Counted from the first letter of the stretch, positions 8,344-17,745 are shown. The stretch: DNA of 39,387 nt from a candidate division WOR-3 bacterium (GCA_965648935.1 CBFGIY010000015.1:1-39387); one strand, 5' to 3'. A program made the numbers and translations. Notes: generated by a model not told the origin, from the letters alone.

Positions 8344-10911
8344 ATGAACCACAGAGAGCTGCGTCGGACCTTTCTGGAGTTCTACGCCAAGCGCGACCAC
8401 AAGGTGGTCGCGAGCATGTCGCTCATACCGCGCGACGACCCGACGATGCTGTTCACCTCTGCCGGGATGGTCCAGTTCAAGCCGCTGTGGGCGGGCGCGG
8501 TCGAGCTGCCCTACCGGCGGGCCTGCTCGGTGCAGAAGTGCCTGCGCGCATCGGACCTCGACCAGGTCGGCAAGACCCCGCGCCATTGCACGTTCTTCGA
8601 GATGCTGGGCAATTTTTCGTTCGGGGACTACTTCAAGTACGAGGCGATTCCCTGGGCGTGGGAGTACCTGACCGAGGTCGTGAGGTTGGACAAGTCGCGG
8701 CTCTACGCCTCGGTGTTCGAGGCCGACGACGAGGCCTACAACATCTGGCGCACCCGGGTCGGCCTGCCGGCCAGTCGGCTCGTGCGGCTCGGGGCCAAAG
8801 ACAATTTCTGGGGCCCGGTCGGCGGCGGCGGGGCGTGCGGGCCGTGCTCGGAGATATACGTAGACCTGGGGCCGGAGTTCGGCTGCGGCAAGGAGACCTG
8901 TGCGCCGGGCTGCGACTGCGACCGGTTTTCCGAGGTGTACAATGTCGTCTTTCCGCAGTACAACCAGCTCCCCGACGGCTCGCGCGAGCCGCTGAAAAAC
9001 CGCGGCATCGATACGGGCATGGGGCTGGAGCGGCTGGCGATGGTGGCGCAGGGCAAGCGGACGATTTTCGAGACCGACCTTTTCGCGCCGGTCGTGAAGG
9101 CGACCGCCAAGGCGCTGGGCATCGAGGTGAACGAGGCGACGCGCCAGATGCTCTGGGTCGCGGCCGACCACGCGCGCGCCCTGACTTTCGCGATTGCCGA
9201 CGGCGTGATACCGTCGAACGAGGCGCGCGGCTACGTGCTGCGCAATATCCTGCGCCGGGCGTTGCTCTTTGCGCACCGTGCCGGCGTGCACGAGCCGTTC
9301 CTGTTCCGGGTTTCGGGCGAGGTGGCGCAGTTGATGGGCCAATGGTACCAGGAACTCGAACCCAAGCGCGAGCAGGCTGCGCTTATCATCAAGTCCGAGG
9401 AGGAGCGTTTCCTGCGCACGCTCGATGCGGGGCTGGAGCGCTGGACTGAGGTCGCGGACCGGCACCGGCGCGACGGCGTCGTGCCGGGCGAAGAGCTGTT
9501 CCGGCTGCACGACACTTTCGGCTTTCACGTCGAGCTGGTGCGCGAGCTGGCTGCGGATACCGGTCTGCGGCTGGACATCGACGGCTTCGAGAAAGCGATG
9601 GCCGAGCAGCGCGAGCGGAGCAAGAAGGCAACGTCCTTTGCTCCGTCGAGCGCGACCATGACCGCGCCGACCGCGCAGGTCTTCGTGGCGCACGATGAAC
9701 GGCTCGAGCGCGAGACCGAGCTGGTCAGCGTCGCGAAGGGCGACGACGGCACCCTCAGCGTGGTGCTCGCGGCGACGCCGTTCTACGGCGAGATGGGCGG
9801 GCAGGTCGGGGATACTGGGCGCATCACCGGCGACGGTTTCGAGCTCGAGGTGACGGACACGGTGGTCGAGCACGGCATCAGGGTGTGCAAGGCGAAAGCC
9901 GTCAGGGGCGAGCCTGCGCCGGGGCGCGTGACGGCCAGCGTCGATGTCGAGCGCCGGCGCGAGATCGAGCGGGCCCATACCGCAACGCACCTGTTGCACT
10001 CGGCCCTGCGCCGGGTGCTGGGCGATTACGTCAAGCAGGAAGGTTCGCTGGTCGAGCCGGGCCGGCTGCGGTTTGACTTCGCCGCGTTCGAGCCGATGAA
10101 GCTTGAACAGGTCGCGGCGGTCGAGCGGCTGGTCTATGACCAGGTTCTGGCTGACCTGCCTCTGGAGCGCGCCGAGAAGAGCCTTGAAGAGGCCAAGGCC
10201 GCCGGGGCGCTCGCGTTCTTCGGCGATACCTACGGCGAGCGCGTGACCGTCGTGAAGATCGGCGAGTTCTCGCAGGAGCTGTGCGGCGGCACCCACCTGC
10301 GCTCGACCGGCGAGATCGGCCTGTTCCGCATCGTGTCCGAGACCGGCGTGGCCGCGGGCATCCGGCGCATCGAGGCGCTCGCCGGCAAGGCGGCGTTCGA
10401 GGAGGCGGCAGCCGAGCGGGCCACGGTGACCGAGCTCGTCGGCCGGCTCGGCGGCACGAGCGACACGCTGGTGAAGAAGGTCGCGGGCCTGACCGAGGAC
10501 CTGCGGCGGCTGGAGGCGCGGGTGCGCTCGTTGTCGACCCAGCTCGCGCGCGGCGCGGCCGCCGAGCTCGCGGCGCGGGCCGAGACCATCGGCGGCGTCA
10601 ATGCGGTCGCGGCACACCTCGAGCAGTTCGAGGGCGATGAGTTGCGGGTCGTGGCCGACCGGCTGCGCGAAACACTGCCCGCGCCCCATGCCGGGATGCT
10701 GACCGGCGGGGTGAGCGGCGAGCGGCTGCGCTATGTCGTCTTCGTGTCGGCCGACCTCAAGGACCGGCTGCCCGCGGGCAGGCTGGCCAAGGCCGTGGGC
10801 GGCGCGATGGGCGGCGGCGGCGGCGGCAAGCCGGACATCGCCGAGGGCGGCGGCCGGCTGGACAAGCTCAGCGATGGGCAGGCCGCGTTCCGGGCCGCGC
10901 TCGGGCAGTAG
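8344..10911 (+). CDS. alaS: Alanine--tRNA ligase
   Basis: LFTSAGMVQFK, FFEMLGNFSFGDYFK, DTGMGLER, editing HTATH...CGGTH, C-terminal GGGGGGK. Confidence 0.99.
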   Translation: MNHRELRRTFLEFYAKRDHKVVASMSLIPRDDPTMLFTSAGMVQFKPLWAGAVELPYRRACSVQKCLRASDLDQVGKTPRHCTFFEMLGNFSFGDYFKYEAIPWAWEYLTEVVRLDKSRLYASVFEADDEAYNIWRTRVGLPASRLVRLGAKDNFWGPVGGGGACGPCSEIYVDLGPEFGCGKETCAPGCDCDRFSEVYNVVFPQYNQLPDGSREPLKNRGIDTGMGLERLAMVAQGKRTIFETDLFAPVVKATAKALGIEVNEATRQMLWVAADHARALTFAIADGVIPSNEARGYVLRNILRRALLFAHRAGVHEPFLFRVSGEVAQLMGQWYQELEPKREQAALIIKSEEERFLRTLDAGLERWTEVADRHRRDGVVPGEELFRLHDTFGFHVELVRELAADTGLRLDIDGFEKAMAEQRERSKKATSFAPSSATMTAPTAQVFVAHDERLERETELVSVAKGDDGTLSVVLAATPFYGEMGGQVGDTGRITGDGFELEVTDTVVEHGIRVCKAKAVRGEPAPGRVTASVDVERRREIERAHTATHLLHSALRRVLGDYVKQEGSLVEPGRLRFDFAAFEPMKLEQVAAVERLVYDQVLADLPLERAEKSLEEAKAAGALAFFGDTYGERVTVVKIGEFSQELCGGTHLRSTGEIGLFRIVSETGVAAGIRRIEALAGKAAFEEAAAERATVTELVGRLGGTSDTLVKKVAGLTEDLRRLEARVRSLSTQLARGAAAELAARAETIGGVNAVAAHLEQFEGDELRVVADRLRETLPAPHAGMLTGGVSGERLRYVVFVSADLKDRLPAGRLAKAVGGAMGGGGGGKPDIAEGGGRLDKLSDGQAAFRAALGQ

Positions 10912-10914
10912 CGC

Positions 10915-10954
10915 GAGTCAGACCCGAAGTCAGAATCCCGAAACTCGAATCCGC
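10915..10954. repeat. Degenerate 7-bp tandem array
   Basis: GAGTCAG (ACCCG) AAGTCAG AATCCCG AAACTCG AATCCGC between convergent genes. Confidence 0.6.
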
Positions 10955-10964
10955 CGGAGAGCGG

Positions 10965-12107
10965 CTAGCGGCCCGAGTCGGGCCGCGGCGCGGCGGGCCG
11001 TTCCCGCTGCAGCTCTCTGAGCAGGGTCGCGCGGCGGGCGCTGTCCATACCGGTCGTGTCGAAGGGCAGGGCGGCGGGCGGCGGGGCGGAGTCGGCGGGC
11101 GCAGTCGCGTAGTCGGCCTCGAAATATGCCGGCACGCGGAACGGCTGCTGGGTCATGAAGTCAAGCGCTTCGACGTCATCGCGGTCGCGCAGGAAGCGAT
11201 CGGCCTGGCGCTCGATCTCGCGGTACACCGGCAGGTAGGTCGAGAGAACCTGGCCGTAGCGGGCGAGCATCACGTCCTTGCCCTGGGCCACGAGCACCGC
11301 GGTCTGGATGCGGGCCGGGCGGAAGCCGGCGCGGTGCAGTCCTTCGACAATCGCGCCGACCTCGGCCGCGGTCAGGTCGGTGTCCTCGCCGACGATCGCC
11401 AGAACGCGGCTGATGAAGCCTGCGCCGGCGCGGGTGCGGGCGAGGCGCCAGGTGCGGGCGATGACCGTGCGGACGAGCGTGACCGCGTTGCGGCAGCGGT
11501 CGGCGTCGTCGAACTCGAGGCCGTGGCGCCGGCGCGCGAGCCGGAGCGCCGCGTGGCGGTCGGTCGCCACTTCGCCGCCGATGCGCAACGCCCCGAGAAA
11601 AGGCCGCAGCAGGCCGATAGTCATCCGGAACGAGTCGAAGTCGAAGGCGATGGAGCGGTGTATCTCGATTCCCAGGAGGTGACCGACCGTGCGGCGCAAC
11701 AGGCGCTCGCCCCCGATGGCGTGGACATGGGTGATTTTCTCCATCCGAGCGAAGTCGGTGCTGGACGCGGCCGCGGTGACGCCCGGGACTTCAACCAGCA
11801 GGTCGCGCGGGATGCCGACAAGGTTGAGCGATGGCTTGTCGTAGCTTAAGTGGCAGACGATGATGATGTCGGAGTGGGACCGCTCCTCGCGCCGGTTGCG
11901 GCGAAAGCCCTCGGCCTGGACCAGGCCGACCGCGCGCGCGTCCTTGCCGATGATGAGTATGTTGAGTTCGCCCGCAGGCCGTGGTCCGGCTGCCGCGCCG
12001 TTGGCGGAGCGCGTCGGGACGAGGAAGAACCAGTAAAGCGCGGCCCCGAGCAGGGCGAGCCCCGCGAGCGCGGCAAACAAGGTCCAGCTCTTTCGGCGGC
12101 GGGCCAT
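10965..12107 (-). CDS. LytR-CpsA-Psr (LCP) family protein
   Basis: N-terminal TM; NILIIGKD, RSHSDIII, IPRDLLV, KITHVHAIGG, ARRRH...DADR. Confidence 0.85.
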   Translation of the reverse strand: MARRRKSWTLFAALAGLALLGAALYWFFLVPTRSANGAAAGPRPAGELNILIIGKDARAVGLVQAEGFRRNRREERSHSDIIIVCHLSYDKPSLNLVGIPRDLLVEVPGVTAAASSTDFARMEKITHVHAIGGERLLRRTVGHLLGIEIHRSIAFDFDSFRMTIGLLRPFLGALRIGGEVATDRHAALRLARRRHGLEFDDADRCRNAVTLVRTVIARTWRLARTRAGAGFISRVLAIVGEDTDLTAAEVGAIVEGLHRAGFRPARIQTAVLVAQGKDVMLARYGQVLSTYLPVYREIERQADRFLRDRDDVEALDFMTQQPFRVPAYFEADYATAPADSAPPPAALPFDTTGMDSARRATLLRELQRERPAAPRPDSGR

Positions 12108-13379
12108 CTAGCGGGTGACGCGCAGTCGCACCGGGTGGCCCTCGAACTTCTCGATGCGGCGCAGCGCGGTGATGACGCGGCGCTCCCAGACCGGGTTCAG
12201 CGCGTCGGGCCGGGAAAGGCGTAGCCGGAAAGTCGGCGGACGGGTACCGACCTGGGACAGCCCGAGCACGCGGCAGTCGTGCGCCGGCGGGCTCTGCTGC
12301 AGTTTCTCAAGCAGGCGCTCGCGCAGCAGCGCGTTGGGCAGCTGGCGGGCACCGGCCTGCCAGACTTTCTCGGCACGGCGCAGCGCGGTGCCGACGTTGC
12401 GGTTCTCGATCACCGACGCGAAGACGACCGGAACATGGTCGACGAAAGCCAGCCCCTTCTTCACCCAGTCGCGGACTCTGTCGTGGAGGTGCGCGGGCAC
12501 GAGGTCCATCTTGTTGGCGATGATGACCATACCCCGGTCGCGTTCGGTGACGAGGTTGATTATGCGCTTGTCCTGGGCGGCCGGGCCGTCTGTGGCGTCA
12601 AAGACAACCAGCGCGACATCGCACCGTTCGATCTGGTCGATGGCGCGGGTGACCGAGTAGTACTCGACCGGTTCGTCGACGCGCGAGCGGCGGCGGATCC
12701 CGGCGGTGTCGAGCAGCCGGAAGGTGCGCTCGCCGATGGTGCAGTATTCCTCGACCACGTCGCGAGTCGTGCCCGGTGTCGCGGTGACGATCGAGCGGTT
12801 CTGGCCGAGCAGGCGGTTGAGCAGCGACGACTTGCCGACATTGGGCCGGCCGAGAATCGCCAGGGCCAGGGCCTTGCCCCGACGCCGGGTCGAGTCGTCG
12901 GGCAGGCGCTCGACCACTGCATCGAGCAGGTCGTCGATCCCGGTGCCGTGCTCGGCCGCGATGGGAAACAGCTTCTCGCCGCCCAGCCGGAAGAAGTCGG
13001 CCTCGTCGAACTGGCGCCGGCGGTCGGACTTGTTGACCGCGACGAGAAACGGCCGGTTCTGCCGGCGCAGCCGGGCCGCGATTTCCTCGTCCATCGGCAA
13101 CACCCCGGCCGTGCCGTCCACGACCAGCACGACAACCGCGGCGCGCTCCAGCGCGATCTTCACCTGGCGCTCGACCTCACGGTCGATTTCCTCGCGCGAG
13201 TCGGGCACGAGCCCGCCGGTGTCGACGACGGTGAAGCGACGGCCGACCCACTCGGCCTCGCGGATGATGCGATCGCGCGTGATGCCGGGCTGCTGGAGCG
13301 TGATGGCGATGCGGCCGCCGACGATGCGGTTGAAGAGCGTTGACTTGCCGGTGTTGGGCCGGCCGAGGATGACGACCAC
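12108..13379 (-). CDS. der: Ribosome biogenesis GTPase Der
   Basis: Two G domains: GRPNTGKS/DTGG/NKSD and GRPNVGKS/DTAG/NKMD. Confidence 0.97.
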   Translation of the reverse strand: MVVILGRPNTGKSTLFNRIVGGRIAITLQQPGITRDRIIREAEWVGRRFTVVDTGGLVPDSREEIDREVERQVKIALERAAVVVLVVDGTAGVLPMDEEIAARLRRQNRPFLVAVNKSDRRRQFDEADFFRLGGEKLFPIAAEHGTGIDDLLDAVVERLPDDSTRRRGKALALAILGRPNVGKSSLLNRLLGQNRSIVTATPGTTRDVVEEYCTIGERTFRLLDTAGIRRRSRVDEPVEYYSVTRAIDQIERCDVALVVFDATDGPAAQDKRIINLVTERDRGMVIIANKMDLVPAHLHDRVRDWVKKGLAFVDHVPVVFASVIENRNVGTALRRAEKVWQAGARQLPNALLRERLLEKLQQSPPAHDCRVLGLSQVGTRPPTFRLRLSRPDALNPVWERRVITALRRIEKFEGHPVRLRVTR

Positions 13380-13384
13380 GGCCG

Positions 13385-13454
13385 ATTATAGGGCAGGCCG
13401 GGCCGATGCCAAGACCGACCGCGCAGTTGCATAACGCCGGGCCGGCGCTAGTAT
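13385..13454. promoter_or_regulatory. Divergent leaderless promoters TTGGCA-16-TATAAT (minus, der) and TTGCAT-16-TAGTAT (plus, hydrolase)
   Basis: -10 boxes lie 5 and 6 nt from the start codons; no SD. Confidence 0.7.
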
Positions 13455-13460
13455 TGGCCG

Positions 13461-14405
13461 ATGCGCGCGAGTCCACGCACCCCCGGACTGGAATGCGAGC
13501 TGTGCCGGTTTGAGACCGGCGACGGGCTCGAGCTGCAGGGCCTTCTCTACCGCCCGCGGCGCCGCACCGGTCAGGCCGTCGTTCACGTCCACGGCTGGGA
13601 CGGCAACTGCTACGAAAACCGGTTTCTCGACCACGCGGCCCGCGCCTGCACGAAGACGGGCTGGGCGTTTTTCGCCTTCAACAACCGGGGCCATGACTAC
13701 ATCGCCGACATCCTGCGGCCGCAGAAGGGCGACTACCTGCAGCTCGGCGGGATATACGAGCGGCTGGCCGACAGCATCCCGGACATCAGGGCCGCGCTCG
13801 ATTTCGCGGTGCGGCGCGGGTACCGGCACCTCGTGCTGCAGGGTCACAGCCACGGCGCGATCAAGGCGGCGCACTATTGCGCGACGCAGGCCGATCCGCG
13901 GGTGCGCGGGCTGGTGCTGCTCTCGCCGTCCGATGACCTCGGCTGGGGCAAGGAGCTCCTGGGCAGGCGGTTCGCGGCCGCGCGGCGACTGGCCGGCAGG
14001 CTGGTGCGGGCCGGGCGCGAGCGCGCGCTGCTGCCCGAGGGGATGTTTCCCTGCCCGGTTTCGGCCGGGACCTTCCTTGACGCATTCGGGCCGGGTTCGA
14101 TCACCGGGATGTTCAACCTGTCGCGCTCCGAGCGGCGCGAGTTTGCGGAACTCGGCCGGATCGGCGTACCGGTGCTTGCGGCGGCGGGCACGGTCGAGGA
14201 GGCTTTCGTCGGGCCGGCCGCGGACTACCTTGAAGCAATCAGGGCAGCGCTGGTGAGCGCGCCTTCGGTCGAGACCGCGGTCATCAGCGGCGCGCCGCAC
14301 AACTACCTCGGCAAGGAGACCCGGCTGGCCGGGGTTCTCGCGCGGTGGCTTGCCGGTCAGGGCCGGACATCAACGGTCGCCAAGCGGAGACACACGCGTG
14401 ATTGA
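13461..14405 (+). CDS. Alpha/beta hydrolase, DUF1749-like
   Basis: HVHGWDGN, FNNRGHD, nucleophile elbow GHSHG, C-terminal GAPHNY. Confidence 0.8.
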   Translation: MRASPRTPGLECELCRFETGDGLELQGLLYRPRRRTGQAVVHVHGWDGNCYENRFLDHAARACTKTGWAFFAFNNRGHDYIADILRPQKGDYLQLGGIYERLADSIPDIRAALDFAVRRGYRHLVLQGHSHGAIKAAHYCATQADPRVRGLVLLSPSDDLGWGKELLGRRFAAARRLAGRLVRAGRERALLPEGMFPCPVSAGTFLDAFGPGSITGMFNLSRSERREFAELGRIGVPVLAAAGTVEEAFVGPAADYLEAIRAALVSAPSVETAVISGAPHNYLGKETRLAGVLARWLAGQGRTSTVAKRRHTRD

Positions 14406-15201
14406 CATATTCGCAACGCTGCGGGAGCGCGCCCTGGAGATGCTGGCCGGGGCCGGGGCCGAGGAGTTCCTGGTGCGCGGCATCTGGAAGGTCGAGCTCG
14501 CGTTCAAGCCCAACCCGGCCGAGCGGGTCTTCAAGTACACGTTCTGGCTGGCGATGACCCGCGGGCAGGGCTGCTGCTACTGCACGGGCGACGACGAGCG
14601 GGGCCGGGAACTGGTCGGGTCGGACGCGCGCGAGCTGACCCGGGAGAAGACCTGCATCAGCATCGCGGCGCTCGATTCGCTCTACGCGTCGCTGCCGCGC
14701 CGGCCGGTGGCGAGCTTCCAGCTCGTCGGCAATCCGGTCGAGAAGACCGACGCGCGGACCGAGATAATCCTGCACGAGGCCGAGCAGCTGGTGTCGGGCA
14801 TCTGCAACCGCAAGCCGCGGGTGGTCAACGTCGGGCTGGTCGGCAACGTCGTGCGCGACCTGGCCGCGCGCGGCTGGGACGTGCGGGCGAGCGACATGGA
14901 GCGCGACACCGTGGGCACGACCGTCCACGGCGTGCTGGTCGAGGACGGCACGCGGACATTCGACCTGGTGCGCGATTCGGACCTGGCCATCGTCACCGGC
15001 ATGACCATCGCGACCGATTCGCTCGAGCTCATCGTCGAGGAGGCGCGCCGCGCCGGGACGAAGCTGCTGGTGTTCGCCGAGACCGGGGCGAACTTCGGGG
15101 AGGAGTACTGCCGCACGTTCGGCATCGACGCGGTCGTTGCCGAGCCGTTTCCTTTCTACATCTTCCAGGGAACGAGCACGATCGAGGTCTACCGCAAGTG
15201 A
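14398..15201 (+). CDS. DUF364-like Rossmann-fold protein
   Basis: GTG overlaps the upstream stop; GQGCCYC, IAALDS, VVNVGLVG, DLAIVTGMTIATDSL, FAETGA. Confidence 0.65.
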   Translation: MIDIFATLRERALEMLAGAGAEEFLVRGIWKVELAFKPNPAERVFKYTFWLAMTRGQGCCYCTGDDERGRELVGSDARELTREKTCISIAALDSLYASLPRRPVASFQLVGNPVEKTDARTEIILHEAEQLVSGICNRKPRVVNVGLVGNVVRDLAARGWDVRASDMERDTVGTTVHGVLVEDGTRTFDLVRDSDLAIVTGMTIATDSLELIVEEARRAGTKLLVFAETGANFGEEYCRTFGIDAVVAEPFPFYIFQGTSTIEVYRK

Positions 15202-15261
15202 TGGAGGGCCGGAAATGCCGACAGCGAAGCGCAGGGTTGAGCGCTGCAGCGAGTCGGACCG

Positions 15262-16506
15262 ATGATGGGCACCGCTGAACGTTTCTTCATCACCGAGGGC
15301 CGGTTCGCGGTGGACGGTGCGGGCCTGGAAGAGCTGGCGCGCTGCGGCGGCCTGCCCCAGTACGCCTATTCAGCCGGGGTAATCCGCGCCAAGCACGCGC
15401 GTCTGGCCGAGAGCTTCGCGGGCTGCGACGTGCTTTACTCGCTCAAGGCCAATCCCAATCCGCGGATAGTGCGGCTGCTGGCCAAGTGCGGGGCCGGTGC
15501 CGAGGTGTCTTCGGCCGGCGAACTCGAGACCGCGCTCGCGGCGGGCATCGCGCCCGAGAACATCATCTGGGTCGGGCCGGCCAAGACCGAGGCCGATATC
15601 AGGCTGGCCGTGGAGAGGGGCATCTACGCGGTGGTCGCGGACTGGACAGGCGAGCTGGAGTGGCTCGAGGCGCTGGCCTGCGCCGCGGGCAAGACCGTGC
15701 GCGTGTTGCTGCGCATCAACACAGAGGAGTCGCGGCCCGAGGCCAAAGAGGTGATGGTCGGCGGGCCGAGCAAGTTCGGGTTTGACGAGGAGAGCGTGGT
15801 CGAGTCGGTCGGCGCGCTGGACCTTTCGTGCGCCCGGGTGTGCGGGATACAGGTCTACTCGGCGAGCCAGGTGCTGGACGCGGCCTGGCTGGACGGTCAC
15901 CTGGAGTACGTGGCGGCGCTGGCGCTGCGCACCGCGGCCCGGCTCGGTTTCGAACTCGAGTGCATCGATTTCGGCGGCGGGTTCGGCATTCCCTACGCGG
16001 ACGGCGAGCCTGAGCTCGACCTGCGGCCGGCGGCCGCGGCGATGCGCCGGTTGCGCCGGCTCGACCCGAAGCGGCTGGGCCGGTGCCGGGTCATCTTCGA
16101 GAGCGGGCGCTACCTTGTCGCCGAGTCGGGCGTGTTCCTGACCGAGGTGGTGCGGGTGAAGGAGTCGCGCGGCCGCCGCTTCGTCATCACCAACGGCGGG
16201 ATGAACGCGTTCTCGCGGCCCGTGTTCATGCGGATACCGCACCCGGCGCGGCTGGTGAGCCGGCCGGGCGAGCCGCCCGCCGGGACCTTCGACATCTGCG
16301 GCCCGGTGTGCACGCCGCTGGACTGCATCGGCAAGGATGTGGCGCTGCCCGAGCCGCGGCCGGGCGACGTCATCGGGTTCTTCAACGCCGGGGCCTACGG
16401 CTACTCGATGTCGCTGCTGGATTTCATGAGCACCGGCCGGCCGGCCGAGGTGATGGCCGACAGCGGCCCCTGCGAGCTCGTCCGCGAGCCGGTGCGCTAC
16501 CTCTGA
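15262..16506 (+). CDS. Type III PLP decarboxylase, LysA fold, BtrK-like
   Basis: YSLKANP PLP-Lys, SKFG, DFGGGFG, FESGRYLV, CGPVCTPLD, GAYG; QVYSASQ replaces HxHxGSQ. Confidence 0.85.
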   Translation: MMGTAERFFITEGRFAVDGAGLEELARCGGLPQYAYSAGVIRAKHARLAESFAGCDVLYSLKANPNPRIVRLLAKCGAGAEVSSAGELETALAAGIAPENIIWVGPAKTEADIRLAVERGIYAVVADWTGELEWLEALACAAGKTVRVLLRINTEESRPEAKEVMVGGPSKFGFDEESVVESVGALDLSCARVCGIQVYSASQVLDAAWLDGHLEYVAALALRTAARLGFELECIDFGGGFGIPYADGEPELDLRPAAAAMRRLRRLDPKRLGRCRVIFESGRYLVAESGVFLTEVVRVKESRGRRFVITNGGMNAFSRPVFMRIPHPARLVSRPGEPPAGTFDICGPVCTPLDCIGKDVALPEPRPGDVIGFFNAGAYGYSMSLLDFMSTGRPAEVMADSGPCELVREPVRYL

Positions 16507-17612
16507 GGGATGATGCGCAGTCCGGCCCGTTCGCGGGCCGGACGGGCGACCAGCGAGTCGTAGGGCAGGCCGAGCCAATCCTTGACTTCCATGAAACCGG
16601 CCAGTTCCTGCGGCACTGCCTCGCGCAGGCGCTGGGCGAAATACCAGTTCCAGATGCCGTCGGTGAAGCCGTAGGTCGGCACCGAGGTGAAGCCCATCAC
16701 CGACAGCGCCGTGCTCTCGGCCGCGACCGAGGTACCGAGCCAGCGCGCCGCGGCGCGGGCGGTGTTGCGCGCGTGGTTGTTGGTGTAATGGGTGGCAACC
16801 GCGAGCAGTTCGAGGAAGCGCTCGATGTCTGGCTGTCGCTCCTCGATCGATGACCTGATTGACGCGGCCACGACACCGGGCCGGTTGGCGAACCAGTTGG
16901 GCGGGATGTCGTGTATCTCGCACACCCGCCTGACCCCGCGCGCGGCCGCGAGCCGGACCGCGTCCGGTTCCTGGACCACGGCGATGTCAATCCGGCCGGC
17001 GGCGAGCTCGGAGGAGAGCGCGGCCGGGTCGTCGAAGCGGCGGAGGTCGACGCGGGCGGTGTCGGGCACGCCTTCGCGCGCCGAGGAGATGTTATCGAGC
17101 TTGAGCGCCCACTCCAGCGCGAGCATCGACATCGGTTCGTGGCCGAGGTAACCCGCGGTCACGGTGCGGTCCGCGGTCTTGAGCCACTCGAGGAAGCCGG
17201 CCCACGACCGGGCCGGCATCGCCTCGCCCGCGACGAGCATGTCGCCCTTGTTCTGCAGCGGCGCGACTATCCGCACCGGTTCGAAGCGCAGCACCGCGGC
17301 GAGCACGGCCTCGGCGTTCAAGAGGCCGAGCGGGCTGGAGCCGTCGAGCAGGCGCGAGAGCACGGCCGAGTCGGAGTCGCACGGGTCAAGCTCAACCGTC
17401 AGGGTTCTTGCCCTGCCGTCGTAGAGGTCGTAGCGGGTCCCGGGCGCGACCTCGGCAAGATGGAGCCGGTAGCGCGCGCGGAAGTCTTTCGGATACAGGC
17501 AGGCGTTGTAGAGCGGGGCGCAGCGCAGGGTCTTGGCGTAGGACACCCGCAGGGTCGGGACCGCGGGCTGGGCCGACACCAGGGCGGCAAGGACGAGTTG
17601 AAGTGCAGTCAT
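16497..17612 (-). CDS. ABC-type solute-binding protein, NMT1/SsuA/CmpA-like
   Basis: Signal peptide; VAPLQNKGDMLV, LAAGRIDIAVVQEPD, FLELLAVAT...AARWLG. Confidence 0.65.
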   Translation of the reverse strand: MTALQLVLAALVSAQPAVPTLRVSYAKTLRCAPLYNACLYPKDFRARYRLHLAEVAPGTRYDLYDGRARTLTVELDPCDSDSAVLSRLLDGSSPLGLLNAEAVLAAVLRFEPVRIVAPLQNKGDMLVAGEAMPARSWAGFLEWLKTADRTVTAGYLGHEPMSMLALEWALKLDNISSAREGVPDTARVDLRRFDDPAALSSELAAGRIDIAVVQEPDAVRLAAARGVRRVCEIHDIPPNWFANRPGVVAASIRSSIEERQPDIERFLELLAVATHYTNNHARNTARAAARWLGTSVAAESTALSVMGFTSVPTYGFTDGIWNWYFAQRLREAVPQELAGFMEVKDWLGLPYDSLVARPARERAGLRIIPQR

Positions 17613-17621
17613 AACACCACG

Positions 17622-17678
17622 AAGATAGCCCGAACCGCGGCCGGGTCAATTGACGCGGCACGCACCACCGGTTAGTCT
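17622..17678. promoter_or_regulatory. Back-to-back divergent promoters TTGACC-16-TATCTT (minus) and TTGACG-17-TAGTCT (plus)
   Basis: The -35 boxes abut to form the palindrome GTCAATTGAC at 17645-17654. Confidence 0.65.
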
Positions 17679-17745
17679 TCGAGGTCTAATCTAGCACAAG
17701 CCGAAGCCGACGACTGTCTGGACAACAATCGAGAGGAAGTGACCA

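Noticed and set aside
8110..10689. 859-aa minus-strand ORF
   Set aside because: Antisense shadow of alaS
15262..16506. Assigning the symbol lysA
   Set aside because: Key LysA motifs (HxHxGSQ, CESGD) are replaced, so the substrate is uncertain
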